Positions 49,567 through 60,106 of a stretch of 64,000 nt of DNA are shown here, in pieces. Both the position numbers and the translations under genes were made by a program. The notes beneath the pieces were generated by a model. It saw nothing but the letters and a program-made list of their open reading frames with translations. It did not search any database and was not told the origin of the DNA. The stretch comes from an uncultured bacterium (GTDB lineage Bacteria; Patescibacteriota; JAHJAL01): positions 65,313 to 129,312 of the forward strand of contig CALKWM010000039.1 in NCBI GenBank assembly GCA_938004065.1. Reading direction: 5' to 3'. Numbering within the stretch: position 1 is the first letter of the stretch; each line of letters begins with the position of its first letter.

Positions 49567-50382
49567 TTAATTATCAAGATTTAATAAAACTCGCTTAATT
49601 GAGATAGCTTTTTGAGAGCCATTTTTCGTTTTTATTACCACGCCGGACAAAAAAGTCGGACCGGAAGTTTTCCACACAAATTTTTGTGGAAGTTGTGTCA
49701 AATATTGCTTTATAACTATATTTTTCTTGACTCCTAACACACTATCGCCGGCTCCGGTCATGCCCACATCACTAATAATAGCTGTTCCCAAAGGCATGAT
49801 TTTTTCATCCGCAGTCTGGACATGAGTATGTGTACCCAAAACTGCGGACACTCGGCCATCAAGATAGTGCATCATAGACATTTTTTCGCTGGTTGCCTCC
49901 GCATGAAAATCAACTAAAATCGCATCGACGTTTGAAATATCGATTCCTTCGGCTCGTATTTCTTTATCCAATATCTGATCTACCGCTCGAAAAGGACAAT
50001 CAAAGTCCTCCCGAAAATACATTCGTCCGATGATATTGATTACAATCAACTTTTGTCCCAGTGCGTTTTCAAACAAACGCCAACCTCTTCCCACGGTCCC
50101 GGGTGGATAGTTTGCCGGTCGCAAAATCGGGCTGTCATTTCTTTTCAGCATTTCAAACGCTTCTTCCTTACGGAAAACGTGATTACCACTGGTTACCACA
50201 TCCACACCGGCATCCATGATTTGTTTGACCGTTTTGCGGTCCAGGCCAACCCCGCCGGCCAGGTTTTCCCCATTGGCAATTACCCAGTCAACATCCTCCT
50301 CCTTGCGTAATTTCGGCAGTAATTGTTCGACAATGGTCCTACCCGGCCTCCCCACAATATCACCGATCATTAGTATCTTCAT
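49567..50382 (-). CDS. ymdB: YmdB-like 2',3'-cyclic-nucleotide phosphodiesterase (TIGR00282 metallophosphoesterase)
   Basis: MKILMIGDIVGRPGR...GENLAGGVG...GNHVF...DFHAEATSEK...GTHTHVQTAD. Located immediately downstream of rny, the conserved Firmicutes-type arrangement. Start at ATG 50382. Confidence 0.75.
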   Translation of the reverse strand: MKILMIGDIVGRPGRTIVEQLLPKLRKEEDVDWVIANGENLAGGVGLDRKTVKQIMDAGVDVVTSGNHVFRKEEAFEMLKRNDSPILRPANYPPGTVGRGWRLFENALGQKLIVINIIGRMYFREDFDCPFRAVDQILDKEIRAEGIDISNVDAILVDFHAEATSEKMSMMHYLDGRVSAVLGTHTHVQTADEKIMPLGTAIISDVGMTGAGDSVLGVKKNIVIKQYLTQLPQKFVWKTSGPTFLSGVVIKTKNGSQKAISIKRVLLNLDN

Positions 50383-50407
50383 AACAATTGTTTTTACTTC
50401 AGACAAA

Positions 50408-51931
50408 TTACTTGGCGTAATCAACCGATCGAATTTCTCGGATGACATGCACTTTAATCTGCCCCGGGTAAGTCATTTCCTGCTCAATCTTGCGGGCTAT
50501 TTCGTGCGTCATCTTCTCCGCCTGCAGATCGGACACTTCTTCCGGTTTAACAATCACTCTTACCTCACGACCGGCTTGGATGGCAAATGATTTTTCCACT
50601 CCGGCAAAGTTGTTGGTAAGATTCTCCAACTCTTTCAGCCGTTGTATATACTGCTCGGTTGATTCTCGACGGGCACCCGGCCGGGCTCCGGAAATAGCGT
50701 CGGCGGTTTTAACAATCACCGCTTCCAAAGTCTTGGCTTCGATATCATCATGGTGCGCCGCCGCCGCATGGGCCACGGTTTCCGGTAAACCGAATTTCTT
50801 GATCAAATCATAACTCAAGTGATGGTGTGGCTGATCAATCTCGTGATCGAGCGCTTTACCCAAGTCATGCAGTAAACCGGCTTTACGGCAAATTTCCACA
50901 TCCGCCCCGATCTCCGCCGCCAATAAAGTTGCAATTTTGGACACTTCGATTGCATGTCTGAGTTGATTTTGTCCGTAACTGGTTCGAAATTTTAAACGTC
51001 CCAAGATTTTGATTATTTCTGTTGGCAGTCCGGCTACACCCGCCTCATAAGCCGCATCCTCACCGGCTTCTTTGATTTGGTTTTTCACGTCTTCAGCTAC
51101 GGATTTAACCACCTTTTCAATTTGTGCCGGATGGATCCGACCGTCAGCAATCAATTTTTCCAACGACAACATTGCCACATGGCGTCTAACCGGATCAAAA
51201 CAAGAAACTGTAACCGATTCCGGTGTATCATCAACGATCACATCCACGCCGGTGATTCTCTCAAATGCTTGGATATTTCGTCCCTCACGACCGATAATTC
51301 TACCCTTTACTTCATCGGAAGGTATCGCAATTGACTTGATTGTGGTTTCCGCTGTTTGTTCACTAGCCATCCTCTGTGTAACTGTCGCGATGATGTTTCT
51401 CGCCTCTTTGTCGCCTTCTTCTTTGGCGATTTTCTTCATTTCTTTGATCTTGCGCAAGATCTCGTTTTCATATTCTTTCTCGGTTTCTTTGAGTAATTGA
51501 CTTTGTGCTTCCTCAACGGTCATCTTGGCAATTCTCTCCAGCTCGGCTTGCATTTTTTCCTTGGCCTGATCCAGTTCGGCCTGCATCAAGTCCTGCTCCT
51601 CATTTCTCTTCAATATTTTTTCTTTTCTTTTTTCCAGCTCATCCAATTTTTTCTCAAAATTTTCTTCTCTGGTCGCCAATCGACTCTCCAGTTTGGATAT
51701 TTTATCCATCCGGCGATGTTCTTCTTTCTTTGCCTCTTCTCTGATCATCAACGCTTCATCTTTACTGGAAATCAAAATTTCCTTACTCTTAGTTTTGGCG
51801 CCATCGATAATCTTGTTTCCCTCTTCCTCCGCTTCTTTGAGTTTTTTCTCCAAATTTACTTTTTTTATGGTATAACCAATACCACCACCCATCAGGAGGC
51901 CTACCACCAGTCCGATAACAATGTTTAACAT
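50408..51931 (-). CDS. rny: Ribonuclease Y
   Basis: N-terminal TM helix, coiled coil, KH domain, HD domain (LLHDLGKALDHE). C-terminal region typical of RNase Y. Confidence 0.88.
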   Translation of the reverse strand: MLNIVIGLVVGLLMGGGIGYTIKKVNLEKKLKEAEEEGNKIIDGAKTKSKEILISSKDEALMIREEAKKEEHRRMDKISKLESRLATREENFEKKLDELEKRKEKILKRNEEQDLMQAELDQAKEKMQAELERIAKMTVEEAQSQLLKETEKEYENEILRKIKEMKKIAKEEGDKEARNIIATVTQRMASEQTAETTIKSIAIPSDEVKGRIIGREGRNIQAFERITGVDVIVDDTPESVTVSCFDPVRRHVAMLSLEKLIADGRIHPAQIEKVVKSVAEDVKNQIKEAGEDAAYEAGVAGLPTEIIKILGRLKFRTSYGQNQLRHAIEVSKIATLLAAEIGADVEICRKAGLLHDLGKALDHEIDQPHHHLSYDLIKKFGLPETVAHAAAAHHDDIEAKTLEAVIVKTADAISGARPGARRESTEQYIQRLKELENLTNNFAGVEKSFAIQAGREVRVIVKPEEVSDLQAEKMTHEIARKIEQEMTYPGQIKVHVIREIRSVDYAK

Positions 51932-52418
51932 AATTTAACCTTTCTGCCCCAGTCCTATCCTTTCTAGATTCAAAAATTTTCTTTTTCTTACCGGAAAATT
52001 ATCTATAAACCAAAATACATTTTTAAGCAAAAACTTGGACTATGTATCAATTTTCAAAGGTTAGAAAAAATATCTCGCAACATTTATCAAATTCAACAAA
52101 AACATCTTTTAACCATAAATTGAAAACTTCAACGTCATTTTTTCATATGGAACACAATCAAGTTTAATTAATTTTTCTTAACCTAAATCATATTTTGTGA
52201 AATGATAACAATATACCAATGAAATTTCCGCTTAAATTTTATAAATCCAAAGAAACTATCCTGGAAATAGACTGAGTCATTAATTTAAATATTATTTTCC
52301 CTCTAGCTTGATAAATATTTCTTTACTTGATATATAATAATGGAAATCATCATTTTTTACAACTTTTCATAAAGCAAACCAGCAAAGTATTTAGATGAAT
52401 TTGTAATCTATAAAAAAA

Positions 52419-53348
52419 TTGACAAAAAATTCCCATATAAAACAAGCCATACTTGCCACTCTAAATTTTTATGACCTGTTTGATTTTCCCCTGACAAATT
52501 TTGAAATATTTGATAATTTATGGAGATGCCGGGCCGAAAACTCGGACGTATTTGCCTGTCTGGACGAATTGAAATTACACAAATCAATCAATTTTTCCGA
52601 GGGATTTTATTTTCTACCCGGACGCGAGCAAATTGTCTCTATTCGTCAAAAACGCTATCTGGATTCCTTCCACAAAAAACAACAACTCATTCGCGAAAAA
52701 TGGTTATTTTCTCTCGCCCCATTTGTTGACAACGTTGCCATCGCCAATACTCTGGCGTATTCCAACGCCAAACAGCAGGGCGATATTGATATTCTGGTAG
52801 TAACACGTCCGGGACGGATTTTCACCGCTCGCATTTTTTTAACTTTCTGGCTCCTCATGTTTAACCGTTGGCGACATGGCCAGTCCGTTAAAAACAAATA
52901 TTGCTTAAGTTTTTTTCTCTCGTCAGACAATCTGGATTTATCCCGACTAAAGTTTCCGGATACCGACGATATCTATTTGTCTTATTGGACCAAATGGCTA
53001 ACGCCGTACTATTGCACGGACAAAAAAGCCGAAGAAACGTATTTTCAAAACAATAGTTGGATTAAAACCAACTTACCCAATACCAATTTTTTTAATACCA
53101 ATCTATACCAAGACCAAAAATCATATTTTGCTCGCTTTTTTGAATTACTGCTTCATGGCGGTTTGGGAGATGTGTTGGAAAAAATATTACATCAAATGAT
53201 GCTTTACAAGATAAAAAACAAAACCAAAGAATTCCATATTGACGGCACGATTGCTTCCGATCAAATATTGAAATTTCACCCCAACGGTAAACGTCGGGAA
53301 TACGAACAAAAATGGCTAAAACAAATTAAAAACCCCGGCAATTTATAA
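52419..53348 (+). CDS. Hypothetical protein (weak nucleotidyltransferase-fold hint)
   Basis: 309 aa. AYSNAKQQGDIDILVVT loosely resembles the GS...DhDhhV NTase motif. Not conclusive. Confidence 0.35.
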   Translation: MTKNSHIKQAILATLNFYDLFDFPLTNFEIFDNLWRCRAENSDVFACLDELKLHKSINFSEGFYFLPGREQIVSIRQKRYLDSFHKKQQLIREKWLFSLAPFVDNVAIANTLAYSNAKQQGDIDILVVTRPGRIFTARIFLTFWLLMFNRWRHGQSVKNKYCLSFFLSSDNLDLSRLKFPDTDDIYLSYWTKWLTPYYCTDKKAEETYFQNNSWIKTNLPNTNFFNTNLYQDQKSYFARFFELLLHGGLGDVLEKILHQMMLYKIKNKTKEFHIDGTIASDQILKFHPNGKRREYEQKWLKQIKNPGNL

Positions 53349-53370
53349 AAAATATTACCGGGGATTTTTT
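53333..53370. terminator. Bidirectional terminator between convergent genes
   Basis: ccccggcaat/attaccgggg stem flanked by A and T runs, between 52419-53348 (+) and 53369-54151 (-). Confidence 0.55.
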
Positions 53371-54151
53371 AAAATTGGATTGACTCTGCTGGTCGATCCA
53401 ACACCTTTTGATTTTGTTTTTGTATTGTTATGTATTCTTGGCTTGGTGGCGTTGTTATATAAAAATACAATTTTGCCACCTTACCTTGAAAAAACTCTAT
53501 TTCTTGTTGACTTGCTACCGCCAAACAGATTTTATCATCGGCATATACATAATTTTTGCCTTCCGCGATAAAATCTTTTTGAGTGTCCGCCGCTATTTTA
53601 CCCCAAGCGGTGTAAACCACTTCGGCGGTTTTTTTGTCACTTATCTCGATATACACAACCGCTCCCCGATAAATCAGGGGAAAGGTATTTTTTTTAAGCA
53701 GTTTTGCCACCGTTCGGTTTAGATAGTCGATATTGACGGCAATCGAAAAATAAGCCCGATAAAAATCTTTCTGAGAAAATTCAAAATTCGGTACATAATT
53801 AACATACTCCGGATATATCGAACGGGCCGTAACCGAGAGATTATCAACTGAATAATCCGGCTTAAAATTTCTTCCGCTTCTCGATGACAAACTGTAATGA
53901 TAGTTATCCGGGTTTGCCAATTTTTCTGGAAACAATGGTTTCCATGAGTTCTCTTTATCCATAACTTCACCCATTTTTCGGAAATTTTCTTTGGTTTCTT
54001 TCATTACTTTTGCCTGCTGATCAGAAGTGAGGGTAGGCAATGGCGGGGGAACAGGTGGGGTATTATCAGCATGCCCCATCTGTGTCAATATGATTGTTAA
54101 CAATACAAAGGCAATCAAAAAGGCGTGATAATTAATTTTTATCACTAACAA
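53369..54151 (-). CDS. Secreted hypothetical protein
   Basis: Signal peptide. 260 aa. Confidence 0.35.
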   Translation of the reverse strand: MLVIKINYHAFLIAFVLLTIILTQMGHADNTPPVPPPLPTLTSDQQAKVMKETKENFRKMGEVMDKENSWKPLFPEKLANPDNYHYSLSSRSGRNFKPDYSVDNLSVTARSIYPEYVNYVPNFEFSQKDFYRAYFSIAVNIDYLNRTVAKLLKKNTFPLIYRGAVVYIEISDKKTAEVVYTAWGKIAADTQKDFIAEGKNYVYADDKICLAVASQQEIEFFQGKVAKLYFYITTPPSQEYITIQKQNQKVLDRPAESIQF

Positions 54152-54361
54152 ATCCTCCTTAAAAATTTTTTAACGGCCTTCAAAATAATTATACGTTTTA
54201 AAAAAAGTATTGGCTATATAATTTTTTTTTAAAAATAGCATTTTTTCGCCCACCAAGACCGCAAACAATTTAACCATTTAACAATTTGCCAATAGTAAGT
54301 ATTATTTAAAACATTTTTAAAAAAACATTTGACACAACTAAAAATTATCCATAAAATATAA

Positions 54362-54388
54362 TTAGCAGTTAAAACAATCATCTGCTAA
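54362..54388 (+). promoter_or_regulatory. CIRCE-like (HrcA operator-like) inverted repeat upstream of groES
   Basis: TTAGCAGTT-aaaacaatc-ATCTGCTAA has 9-bp arms around a 9-bp spacer, like the CIRCE consensus TTAGCACTC-N9-GAGTGCTAA, with substitutions. It lies 55 bp upstream of the groES ATG. Confidence 0.5.
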
Positions 54389-54442
54389 TACTGCTTTCTT
54401 TATACGCTATTATTATATGTTTTAAATAAAGTGGAGACATTT

Positions 54443-54727
54443 ATGAAACTAGTACCATTAGGAGACAAGATAATTGTCGAACCAATCGAAGAAGTTTCCA
54501 AGTCCGGTTTCGTCGTCCCAGAAACGATGGACAAAGAAAAACCCCAAAAAGGAAAAGTGGTCGCCGCCGGCCCGGGAAAAATTAACGACAAGGGTGAAAC
54601 ATTGCCCATGCACGTCAAAGTGGGAGATGTGGTATTTTTTAGAAAGTATTCTCCCGATGAATTTGAGCACGAAGGCAAAAAAATCCTCGTTTTATCCGAA
54701 TCAGATGTCATCGCGTTAGTGCAATAA
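54443..54727 (+). CDS. groES: Co-chaperonin GroES
   Basis: MKLVPLGDKIIVEPIEE...GKVVAAGPG...VGDVVFFRKY is canonical. ATG 54443 is preceded by GTGGAG. Confidence 0.92.
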   Translation: MKLVPLGDKIIVEPIEEVSKSGFVVPETMDKEKPQKGKVVAAGPGKINDKGETLPMHVKVGDVVFFRKYSPDEFEHEGKKILVLSESDVIALVQ

Positions 54728-54815
54728 TCAAATATATTAATTGGAAAGTTTTTGACGTATGGCTATATGGCTAAATGTCATCACGAACAAATTATCCAAT
54801 AACTCTAACATTTAA

Positions 54816-56516
<1,701 letters not shown>

Positions 56517-56529
56517 AATATTTGTTTTA

Positions 56530-56612
56530 AATTCGTTTTTTAAGTAGGGACAGCACACCGTGCTGTCCTTCTTGTATCCATATTTCGGACAGCATGATAT
56601 GCTGTCCCTACG
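56530..56612. repeat. REP doublet: two perfect palindromes gggacagcacACCgtgctgtcc (56547-56568) and ggacagcatGATatgctgtcc (56587-56607)
   Basis: Read directly. The unit aattcgttttttaagtaggga...gctgtccctacg lies between the groEL stop and the RAYT stop. Confidence 0.8.
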
Positions 56613-56617
56613 AAAAA

Positions 56618-57169
56618 TTAATACCACAATTTTCCGGGATTATCCCGATCCCATTGCCATTTTTTGGGATTGTTCAAGATATAATCCCGGATATTTTCAT
56701 ATTCATTTTTTTCAAAATCAATTATATGATCATAAAATGACCGTTGCCAACGGAAATAAATATTTGTATTATTGATTTGTTTTTTAGTTACAACTTTGAA
56801 CGATTTAATAATTTTAGACAATAAACCATACCGCGTAAGGACAGCACACCGTGCTGTCCTTCTTGTATCCATATTTCGGACAGCATGATATGCTGTCCCT
56901 ACGTCATGCGAATCAATGATTATTATTGCATGTAAATGGTTTGGCATAATAATCCAATCATCCAATTCGACATTACTATAAAATTTGGGAATATTCTTTA
57001 AACATTCCTCCACCACCCACCCCGCCTCATTCAAAACCATTTTCCCATTTTTGACTTCACCCAATACGCACTCCATGTCCTGCACACAAACCGTCACAAA
57101 ATACCATCCAGGAGAGGAATAATCATAACTGGACAAACGATTATTTTTTCTTTTATGAAATTTTCTCAT
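56618..57169 (-). CDS. REP-associated tyrosine transposase (RAYT, IS200/IS605-like Y1 HuH transposase) carrying an in-frame REP insertion
   Basis: PGWYFVTV (cf. E. coli TnpA-REP GGTWFFTV). HuH motif MPNHLHAII. WQRSFYDHIIDF...NPKKWQW (cf. WQPRFWEHAIRN...NPVKHGW). The ORF reads through a REP doublet at 56836-56905 encoding about 24 extra residues between the HuH and Tyr motifs. Confidence 0.75.
   Translation of the reverse strand: MRKFHKRKNNRLSSYDYSSPGWYFVTVCVQDMECVLGEVKNGKMVLNEAGWVVEECLKNIPKFYSNVELDDWIIMPNHLHAIIIIDSHDVGTAYHAVRNMDTRRTARCAVLTRYGLLSKIIKSFKVVTKKQINNTNIYFRWQRSFYDHIIDFEKNEYENIRDYILNNPKKWQWDRDNPGKLWY
56836..56905. repeat. REP doublet copy located inside the RAYT coding sequence
   Basis: aaggacagcacaccgtgctgtccttcttgtatccatatttcggacagcatgatatgctgtccctacg is identical to the 56545-56612 copy. 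It translates in-frame as ...VGTAYHAVRNMDTRRTARCAVLTR.... Confidence 0.8.
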
Positions 57170-57215
57170 GTTTTAAAAATATTCCATCTGTCATTAACAA
57201 AACCTTAACGAAAAA

Positions 57216-57342
57216 TTAAATTCGTTTTTTAAGTAGGGACTTACACATTGTGCTGTCCTTTCTATATGCATGTTTCGGGACTTACACACCGTGCTGTCCT
57301 TCTTGTATCCATATTTCGGACAGCATGATATGTTGTCCCTAC
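57216..57342. repeat. REP cluster of three palindrome units, two degenerate, upstream of RAYT
   Basis: aattcgttttttaagtagggacttacacattgtgctgtcc...gggacttacacaccgtgctgtcc...ggacagcatgatatgttgtccctac. Confidence 0.75.
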
Positions 57343-57388
57343 TGTAATCACATAATCAAAAAAAATTGAGGAATTTTATTCCTCAAAA

Positions 57389-57592
57389 TTAAACACTTTT
57401 TATTTTCACAACTTCCCCCTCCATTATGATCGAGATTTTGTCCTTCGTCCAGTGGAAAGAAACGTGATTAGTGTCAAATATCAGATCCGGTAAATCTTTA
57501 TGTCTGACGATAGTCTGCCCTTCCTCAAACAAAACTTCACACTCACCACTTTTTTCTTCGCTCTCGAAAAAACGATTGATGTTTATTTGCAC
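57389..57592 (-). CDS. Small hypothetical protein
   Basis: 67-aa ORF. Weak. Confidence 0.25.
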   Translation of the reverse strand: MQININRFFESEEKSGECEVLFEEGQTIVRHKDLPDLIFDTNHVSFHWTKDKISIIMEGEVVKIKSV

Positions 57593-57619
57593 TTCATTTT
57601 CCCCCTTTATTTTTTATAA

Positions 57620-58204
57620 CTACCAAGCTAACGCAATCAAAAATATCAGTATCATTAAACCGGCCATTGCAAGTTTGATAACCCCCCCAAATATACTGCC
57701 CAATATCACCGCCCCTCCAGCCTTGAGAGACTTTAGCATATTGCGATGATAAATGTATTCTCCGACCAACGCTCCCAAAACCATACCGATTAACATTCCC
57801 CAAAAATTAAAAATTATTAGTCCCAAAATTGTGCCAAAAATTGACAAACCCAATCCCCACCACGAAACCCCGATTTTTTTGGCGGTGAACCATGTGGCAA
57901 TCATGTCCACTCCGCATGCCATCAACCAGATTATTATCATTAGCACGATTGCCAGCCAACCGACTCGCTCAAACCCATCTACGATTGCATAAATCAGTGC
58001 CGCTACCCATATTAAAATCATCCCCGGCACCGCCGGCAATATTTCTCCCATCAACCCGACAACCATTACTATCAATACCACACCCACGAGTAAAACCTGT
58101 CCCAATATGTGTAATACTATGTTTTCCATATTACCTAAATTATAGCAAGCGGAAAGCTGTAAGCAATATGCAATATTCAATATTAAAAAACCCCAGATAG
58201 ACAA
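57620..58204 (-). CDS. Small polytopic membrane protein (DUF456-like)
   Basis: 4-5 TM helices with a Gly-zipper-rich sequence. Alternative start at 58129 (MENIVL). Confidence 0.4.
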   Translation of the reverse strand: MSIWGFLILNIAYCLQLSACYNLGNMENIVLHILGQVLLVGVVLIVMVVGLMGEILPAVPGMILIWVAALIYAIVDGFERVGWLAIVLMIIIWLMACGVDMIATWFTAKKIGVSWWGLGLSIFGTILGLIIFNFWGMLIGMVLGALVGEYIYHRNMLKSLKAGGAVILGSIFGGVIKLAMAGLMILIFLIALAW

Positions 58205-58248
58205 ATCTGAGGTTTAAAAAGAAATATTTTTTAGTTGGTGGGAAACAA

Positions 58249-58929
58249 TTACACCCCCAACTCCTTCTTGATGGTATTTTCCAAATCTGTCGTTTCTTCC
58301 CATGGTAGTTGTCTGCCATTCATAAAAATAGTAGGCGTACCAGCCACACCCGATGAATTGCCGGAAGCGATGTCGGCCTCTATCGCCGCATCATAATCAC
58401 CATTGGCAATTTCAGACTTCATTCGTTCTGTATCCAATCCTAACGCGAGTGCATGTTCATAGGCACTTTCCAAACTAAAACTTGGATTATCAAAATAGAA
58501 CTGTATCATCTCATAAAATTTACCTTGTTTGCCGGCCGCATCGGCAATTTTTGCCGCATCTTTGGCCAGACTATGATAACTTAGCGGAAAATGACGGTAA
58601 ACGAATTGCACTTTTCCGGGAAATTTATCAACCATACTTTTGAAAACCGGACTCAATTGTAAACAAGCCGGACATTGGAAATCCGCGTATTCTACCAGCA
58701 CAACCGCCGCGTCGTCCGGTCCGATTTTATAGTCCTCAGCGCTCACTGGTGTTGATAAAGGTGTTAAATTCTGATTAGCAACAGTAGTATCACTATCAGT
58801 CGTAGTGGCGTTACTGCTCGCCGATGATGTATTGTAAACTGCATTTTGACTACTGTAAATCCAATAAACCCCGCCACCCATTAGTAGCACGATTATTATC
58901 GCCAGCAACCAGTTAGTTATATTGTTCAT
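58249..58929 (-). CDS. DsbA-family thiol:disulfide oxidoreductase (membrane-anchored/secreted)
   Basis: N-terminal TM/signal, thioredoxin fold with active site FQCPAC, DsbA-like helical insertion. Confidence 0.7.
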   Translation of the reverse strand: MNNITNWLLAIIIVLLMGGGVYWIYSSQNAVYNTSSASSNATTTDSDTTVANQNLTPLSTPVSAEDYKIGPDDAAVVLVEYADFQCPACLQLSPVFKSMVDKFPGKVQFVYRHFPLSYHSLAKDAAKIADAAGKQGKFYEMIQFYFDNPSFSLESAYEHALALGLDTERMKSEIANGDYDAAIEADIASGNSSGVAGTPTIFMNGRQLPWEETTDLENTIKKELGV

Positions 58930-58958
58930 ATTTACTCCCTGCAAACAAATAAATATAC

Positions 58959-59216
58959 CTAAATACCCAATAAATTACTAATTTTCTCAGTATCAAAACC
59001 TAAAACCAATTGCCCATCATCTTCATCCCCATCTGAAATGATAGTAACCGGCACACCCATCTGACCTGATTTTCGTATGATAAAATCTCTTGCCTCATCG
59101 TCTATTTGGACATTAAACTCCTGATACTCGATATTTCTCTCTCTGAACCAGTCTTTTAATTGCACACAATAACCGCAAGTGGGGGTGGAGTACAATTTTA
59201 CTTTTTTCATAGCCAA
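58959..59216 (-). CDS. Glutaredoxin-like protein (NrdH/Grx family)
   Basis: 85 aa. YSTPTCGYCVQLK active site (CxxC). Confidence 0.6.
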   Translation of the reverse strand: MAMKKVKLYSTPTCGYCVQLKDWFRERNIEYQEFNVQIDDEARDFIIRKSGQMGVPVTIISDGDEDDGQLVLGFDTEKISNLLGI

Positions 59217-59263
59217 CCCTTAAATATTTATTACTAATTATATTATAATACTTTATCAAACAA

Positions 59264-59950
59264 TTAGTTAAAGTTTGCCAATGCATTGTGAGCCGCTTCC
59301 TGTTCCGCTAACTGTTTGCTCGATCCGCTACCTTGACCAAATTCGCGATCGCCAACAAAAACCGCCATCAGAAATTGTTTAGCATGATCCGGTCCGCTTT
59401 CTGAAACCAATTTGTAAACCGGAGTAATCCCAAATTTCTCCTGAGCCATTTCTTGCAGTCTGCTTTTTGCGTCCAGATAAGACTGTGTTTCCAAGATATT
59501 TGGTAACTTGGATACGATTTCGTCCATAATAAAATCTTTTGCGCTATTGTACCCTTGATCTTCATAAATCGCTCCGATCAAAGCTTCCACCGAATTTGCC
59601 AAAATCAATTCTCTCTCTCGTCCGCCACTTAGTTCCTCTCCTTTGGACAGATAAAGATATTCTCCCAGTTTTAACTTATCCGCCACCTCCTTCAGAGTGG
59701 TGCCACGTACCAGCGCAGCTCGCCAATTGGTTAGTTCACCTTCCGGATTTTTAAAATTATGGAACAAATAATCCGTTACCACCAATTCCAAGACCGCATC
59801 TCCCAAAAATTCCAACCTTTCATTGTGATCGGTTTCCCAAGCGGGATGTTCATTGATATATGACCGATGAACCATTGCCTCCTGTAAAATTTCCGGTTTC
59901 TTGAACTTTATTCCGATATGTTTTTCTAATTCTTTCGTATCTTTCTGCAT
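59264..59950 (-). CDS. rnc: Ribonuclease III
   Basis: RNase III signature ERLEFLGDAVLELVVTDYLF, catalytic E/D residues, C-terminal dsRBD. Confidence 0.9.
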   Translation of the reverse strand: MQKDTKELEKHIGIKFKKPEILQEAMVHRSYINEHPAWETDHNERLEFLGDAVLELVVTDYLFHNFKNPEGELTNWRAALVRGTTLKEVADKLKLGEYLYLSKGEELSGGRERELILANSVEALIGAIYEDQGYNSAKDFIMDEIVSKLPNILETQSYLDAKSRLQEMAQEKFGITPVYKLVSESGPDHAKQFLMAVFVGDREFGQGSGSSKQLAEQEAAHNALANFN

Positions 59951-60106
59951 TGTACAAATATATAATACTTTTTTTTAAAACTTATTTACATCTTAGCAGT
60001 ATTTAGGTGTAAAAAACCATCCTTTTTGTAGTCATCCGTTTTGGCATACACAAATGACAAACCGCCCTTAAAAATCAAGGGCGGTTATTTTCATCATTTA
60101 AGCAGA

